This document shows, in pieces, positions 53,497 to 56,788 of a stretch of 56,788 nucleotides of DNA (its first letter is position 1; the number at the start of each line of letters is the position of its first letter). Position numbers and translations under genes: made by a program. The notes under the pieces were generated by a model that was not told the DNA's origin, did not search any database, and saw nothing but the letters and a program-made list of their open reading frames with translations. Source of the stretch: an uncultured Bacilli bacterium. Its GTDB lineage: Bacteria > Bacillota_I > Bacilli_A > RF39 > UBA660. The DNA lies in contig CANQST010000004.1 of NCBI GenBank assembly GCA_947626595.1, forward strand, positions 1 through 56,788, in the 5' to 3' direction.

Positions 53497-55665
53497 TTAC
53501 TTATTTTTTTTATCTTTTTTGTCTTTATTTTGGCTAAGAGCATCACGTCTTGAGAAGTTTTGACGGCCTTTTTTATCAGTACCTAGCGCTTTAACAAGTA
53601 TTTCGTCTCCTAGACTAACGACATCTTCGACATTTTTAACGTGGTCACTAGATAGTCGAGAAACATGAACTAAGCCTTCACATCCTGGCCATAATTCAAC
53701 GAAGCAACCAAAGTCTTCTATCTTAACAACTTTAGCTTCATATACTTTGCCTACTTCTACTTCACGAGTAATATCTTCAATCATTTTTCTAGTTTTAGCA
53801 ATAATATCTTTATCTGAATGGTAAATAATAACTCTTCCATCGTCTTCTAGTTCTACTTTAACGGCATTAACATTAGTAACTTCAGTAACATTAGATGCTT
53901 CACAAATAATCTTAGTAATCATTTCTCCACCTTTACCAATAACATCTTTTATCTTAGCTGGATTAATAGTAAAGGTTTCCATCTTAGGAGCATATTTAGA
54001 TACTTCTTTACGTGGTTCTTTGATTTGTTTTTCTATTACTTTTAGTATTTCAAGACGAGCTTTTTTAGCTTGCGCTAGAGCTTCTTTTAAGATATTTTCA
54101 GTTATACCTTTAATTTTAATATCCATTTGTAAAGCAGTAATACCATCTTTAGTACCAGCAACTTTAAAGTCCATATCACCTAGATGGTCTTCCATACCTT
54201 GAATATCTGTTAGGATTGTATAGTCATCTCCATCGGTAATTAAACCCATAGCAATTCCGGCAACAGGAGCTTTTATTGGAACACCAGCGGCCATTAAGGA
54301 CATACAGCCAGCACAAATACTAGCTTGTGAAGAGGAACCGTTAGACTCCAATATTTCGGAAACAACTCTAATGGTATATGGGAATTCTTCTTCACTTGGT
54401 ATTACTTGAGCAAGGGCTTTTTCACCTAAAGCGCCGTGACCAATTTCTCTTCTACCGGGAGCTCCATATCTTCCTGTTTCTCCAACAGAAAATTGTGGGA
54501 AGTTATAGTGTAACATGAAACGTTTTTGGTCTTCCATACTTAATCCATCTATAATTTGATGCTCATTTAAAGCTCCAAGGGTTGTTGTTGATAAAGCTTG
54601 AGTTTCTCCTCTAGTAAATAAAGCAGAACCATGGGTACGTGGAAGAATATCAATATCAGTAGATAATTTTCTAATCTCGTCCATCTTTCTACCATCAGAT
54701 CTAATATGTTCTTTAACAACAATACTTCTAAATAATTCATATTCAACATCTGATACAACCATTTGCGCTTTTACTAGTAATTCTTTTAACTCTTCTTCTT
54801 TTAGATTATCCTCATTTTCTTTAGTATAAAGCTCTATTATTTCTTCTTTTATTGCATCAATAGCCGCATATTTTTTTAATTTATCTTTAATACGAAGAGC
54901 TTTATCCATCTTTTTAGTAATAAGTTCTCTAATTCTAGTAGTCATTTCTTCTGATGGAACTAGGGTTTCGTATTCCATCTTTTCTTCGCCAATTTCTTTA
55001 ATAATCTTTTCTTGGAATTTAATTAATTCTTTAACAGCTTTATGACCATACATTAAAGCTTCTAGCATAATATCTTCACTAACTTGTTTAGCACTAGATT
55101 CTACCATGTTAATAGCGTCTTTAGTACCGGCAACTGTTAAGTCTAATTCTGATTGTTCTAATTCTTCAGGAGTTGGGTTAATTATAAACTTACCATTAAC
55201 ACGACCTACTTTTACTCCAGCAATAGGACCATTAAAAGGAATTTTAGATATTGATACGGCTAGAGATGAGGCAAACATGGCGCTTAATTCTGGTGAACAG
55301 TCTTGATCAACTGATAAAACAGTAGAAATAATCTGTACTTCATTCTTAAAACCCTCTGGGAATAAGGGACGCATTGGTCTATCAATCATACGAGCCGCTA
55401 AGGTTGCTGCTTCACTAGGACGCCCTTCTCTTTTAATAAATCCTCCTGGTATTTTACCTACAGAATATAATTTTTCTTGATAATTAACTGTTAATGGAAA
55501 AAAATCAGATAATAAATTAACATTTTTAGATACGACAGCGGCGGTTAAAACAACGGTATCATTATATCTAACTAATACAGCTCCATCAGCTTGTTTAGCA
55601 AGTTCTCCATGTTCTACTACTAATTTTCTTCCATGAAAATCTAATTCAAATACTTTCTTTTTCAT
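53497..55665 (-). CDS. pnp: Polyribonucleotide nucleotidyltransferase (PNPase)
   Basis: Two RNase PH-like halves, then a KH domain (IGKGGEMI) and an S1 domain ([20 protein letters not shown]). The ATG at 55665 follows atggaggaagtagt. The upstream extension in the ORF track runs through the rpsO terminator hairpin. Confidence 0.95.
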   Translation of the reverse strand: MKKKVFELDFHGRKLVVEHGELAKQADGAVLVRYNDTVVLTAAVVSKNVNLLSDFFPLTVNYQEKLYSVGKIPGGFIKREGRPSEAATLAARMIDRPMRPLFPEGFKNEVQIISTVLSVDQDCSPELSAMFASSLAVSISKIPFNGPIAGVKVGRVNGKFIINPTPEELEQSELDLTVAGTKDAINMVESSAKQVSEDIMLEALMYGHKAVKELIKFQEKIIKEIGEEKMEYETLVPSEEMTTRIRELITKKMDKALRIKDKLKKYAAIDAIKEEIIELYTKENEDNLKEEELKELLVKAQMVVSDVEYELFRSIVVKEHIRSDGRKMDEIRKLSTDIDILPRTHGSALFTRGETQALSTTTLGALNEHQIIDGLSMEDQKRFMLHYNFPQFSVGETGRYGAPGRREIGHGALGEKALAQVIPSEEEFPYTIRVVSEILESNGSSSQASICAGCMSLMAAGVPIKAPVAGIAMGLITDGDDYTILTDIQGMEDHLGDMDFKVAGTKDGITALQMDIKIKGITENILKEALAQAKKARLEILKVIEKQIKEPRKEVSKYAPKMETFTINPAKIKDVIGKGGEMITKIICEASNVTEVTNVNAVKVELEDDGRVIIYHSDKDIIAKTRKMIEDITREVEVGKVYEAKVVKIEDFGCFVELWPGCEGLVHVSRLSSDHVKNVEDVVSLGDEILVKALGTDKKGRQNFSRRDALSQNKDKKDKKNK

Positions 55666-55685
55666 ACTACTTCCTCCATAAAAAA

Positions 55686-55708
55686 TAGACACAAAAAACA
55701 AGTGTCTA
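55686..55708 (-). terminator. rpsO-pnp intergenic hairpin (terminator/attenuator)
   Basis: tagacac-aaaaaacaa-gtgtcta with a T-run on the minus strand. It overlaps the rpsO stop codon and precedes the pnp RBS. Confidence 0.6.
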
Positions 55709-55975
55709 CTTTCTTAAACCTAATTTTTTAATTACTTCACGATAGCTTTGAATATCTTTCTTAGCTAAATATTGTAACATATTACGACGTTGACCAACTT
55801 TTTTAAGTAAACCTCTACGTGAATGATGGTCATGAATATGTACTTTTAAATGCTCAGTCAAATCATTAATCTCTTTAGTTAGAATAGCAATTTGTACTTC
55901 ACATGAACCAGTATCTTTTTCATTTTTGGCAAAATCTTTAATGATACTAGCCTTTTCTTCTTTTGTTAATGCCAC
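55706..55975 (-). CDS. rpsO: 30S ribosomal protein S15
   Basis: [24 protein letters not shown]...[29 protein letters not shown] is the canonical S15 sequence pattern. Confidence 0.95.
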   Translation of the reverse strand: MALTKEEKASIIKDFAKNEKDTGSCEVQIAILTKEINDLTEHLKVHIHDHHSRRGLLKKVGQRRNMLQYLAKKDIQSYREVIKKLGLRK

Positions 55976-56159
55976 ATTAACACATCCTTTCTTATAAATT
56001 CGCTACTACCAAGTAAGAAGTCGGAAATTCTTCAAACTGAGTACCAGTAAGCTAGTTGTATTATACTAAAAATTTTAATAAATGTAAACTATTTTTAAAA
56101 ACTTTATTTTTGTAATATTTCTTCTTAATTTTGTGATATATTAGTAATAGGTGATGTAA

Positions 56160-56788
56160 ATGGAGAAGAAATCTTTAATTAAAAATATTTTTAAATTAAT
56201 AGTAGTATTTATCTTATTTAATGAAAGTTATTTATTACAGTATATACCAATAATATTATTTAGAATGGATGTTAAAAAGATAACGAACGCTACTAATGTA
56301 TGGCTTAGTGCTTTTTCTAATCTTATTCTACTTATTATTTTATTTTTAATGTATAAGAAGGAATTAAAGGAAGAGTTTAAGAAGTTTAAGAGTAAGCTGT
56401 TTGATAATATTAATACTGGTTTTAATTACTGGATAATTGGTTTTATTATTATGGTAGTATCTAATCTAATAATAAATCTTATTTTAAAAGCAGGTGGTGC
56501 CGCTAATGAACAAGCTGTTCAGAAAATGATATCTTCTCTTCCATGGATTATGCTTATTAATGCTGGAATAATTGCTCCTTTTAATGAAGAAATTGTTTTT
56601 AGAAAGAGTTTAAGAGGAGTATTTAAAAATAAATATGTATTTGCGGTATTATCATTTCTTATCTTTGGTTTAGCTCATGTTTTAGGTAATGTTTCTAGTT
56701 GGATGGATTATTTGTATATTATTCCTTATGGAGCTTTAGGAGGCGTCTTTGCTTTGGCATATGATAAGACAGATACTATTTTTACACC
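56160..56788 (+). CDS. CPBP-family intramembrane glutamic endopeptidase (CAAX protease-like), 3' end outside the window
   Basis: My own translation from the ATG at 56160 gives MEKKSLIKNIF... with multiple TM helices and the CPBP motif APFNEEIVFRKSL. The ORF runs off the window end, so it is absent from the ORF track. Confidence 0.65.
   Translation, partial: MEKKSLIKNIFKLIVVFILFNESYLLQYIPIILFRMDVKKITNATNVWLSAFSNLILLIILFLMYKKELKEEFKKFKSKLFDNINTGFNYWIIGFIIMVVSNLIINLILKAGGAANEQAVQKMISSLPWIMLINAGIIAPFNEEIVFRKSLRGVFKNKYVFAVLSFLIFGLAHVLGNVSSWMDYLYIIPYGALGGVFALAYDKTDTIFT

Noticed and set aside
55976-56075. There might be a structured autoregulatory leader upstream of rpsO.
   Set aside because: There is a TATAAT box and a ~85-nt leader with a small hairpin (aagaa-tttccgac-ttctt) and a direct repeat (cttactggta/cttacttggta). 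I cannot match it confidently to a known S15-binding leader fold by eye, so it is not reported as a feature.

Overview
Very AT-rich chromosomal segment from a spore-forming Bacillota-type bacterium. Sporulation markers present are spoIIGA-sigE, spoIIM, a SpoVB-like flippase and a DUF1540 protein. Recognisable core genes: tdk, tgt, pilC/pilD-like pair, deoB, xerD, a DHH phosphoesterase, an MBL hydrolase, two ABC exporter genes, murC, pnp, rpsO, tRNA-Thr(CGT), tRNA-Glu(CTC), a TetR-MMPL pair, an S66 peptidase and TspO. Several accessory modules sit between these. (1) Two tandem RpoD-like sigma genes. One encodes a 1,589-aa protein whose ~1,100-aa C-terminal tail is an array of degenerate sigma region-4-like modules. 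This is the most unusual object in the window. (2) Four cassettes, each pairing a divergent XRE repressor with a secreted or membrane-anchored protein. Three cargos are mosaic paralogues with tail-fibre-like HxH motifs, conserved ends and a variable centre. The fourth is an 887-aa LamG/FGE-like protein. Each cassette has its own palindromic operator, and two paralogues share 130 bp of identical inverted sequence. (3) An Rpn-family PD-(D/E)XK nuclease with an internal RBS+ATG in front of its C-terminal tail, plus a free-standing duplicate of that tail. (4) A candidate type I toxin-antitoxin locus beside tRNA-Thr. (5) A translationally coupled five-gene operon of unknown function. (6) An MMPL transporter with about 7.5 tandem ~75-aa repeats in its second loop. 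(7) An SPFH/Tim44-like/zinc-ribbon trio. All calls rest on reading the sequence and the ORF translations. No database search was run, so family assignments are motif-level recognitions.
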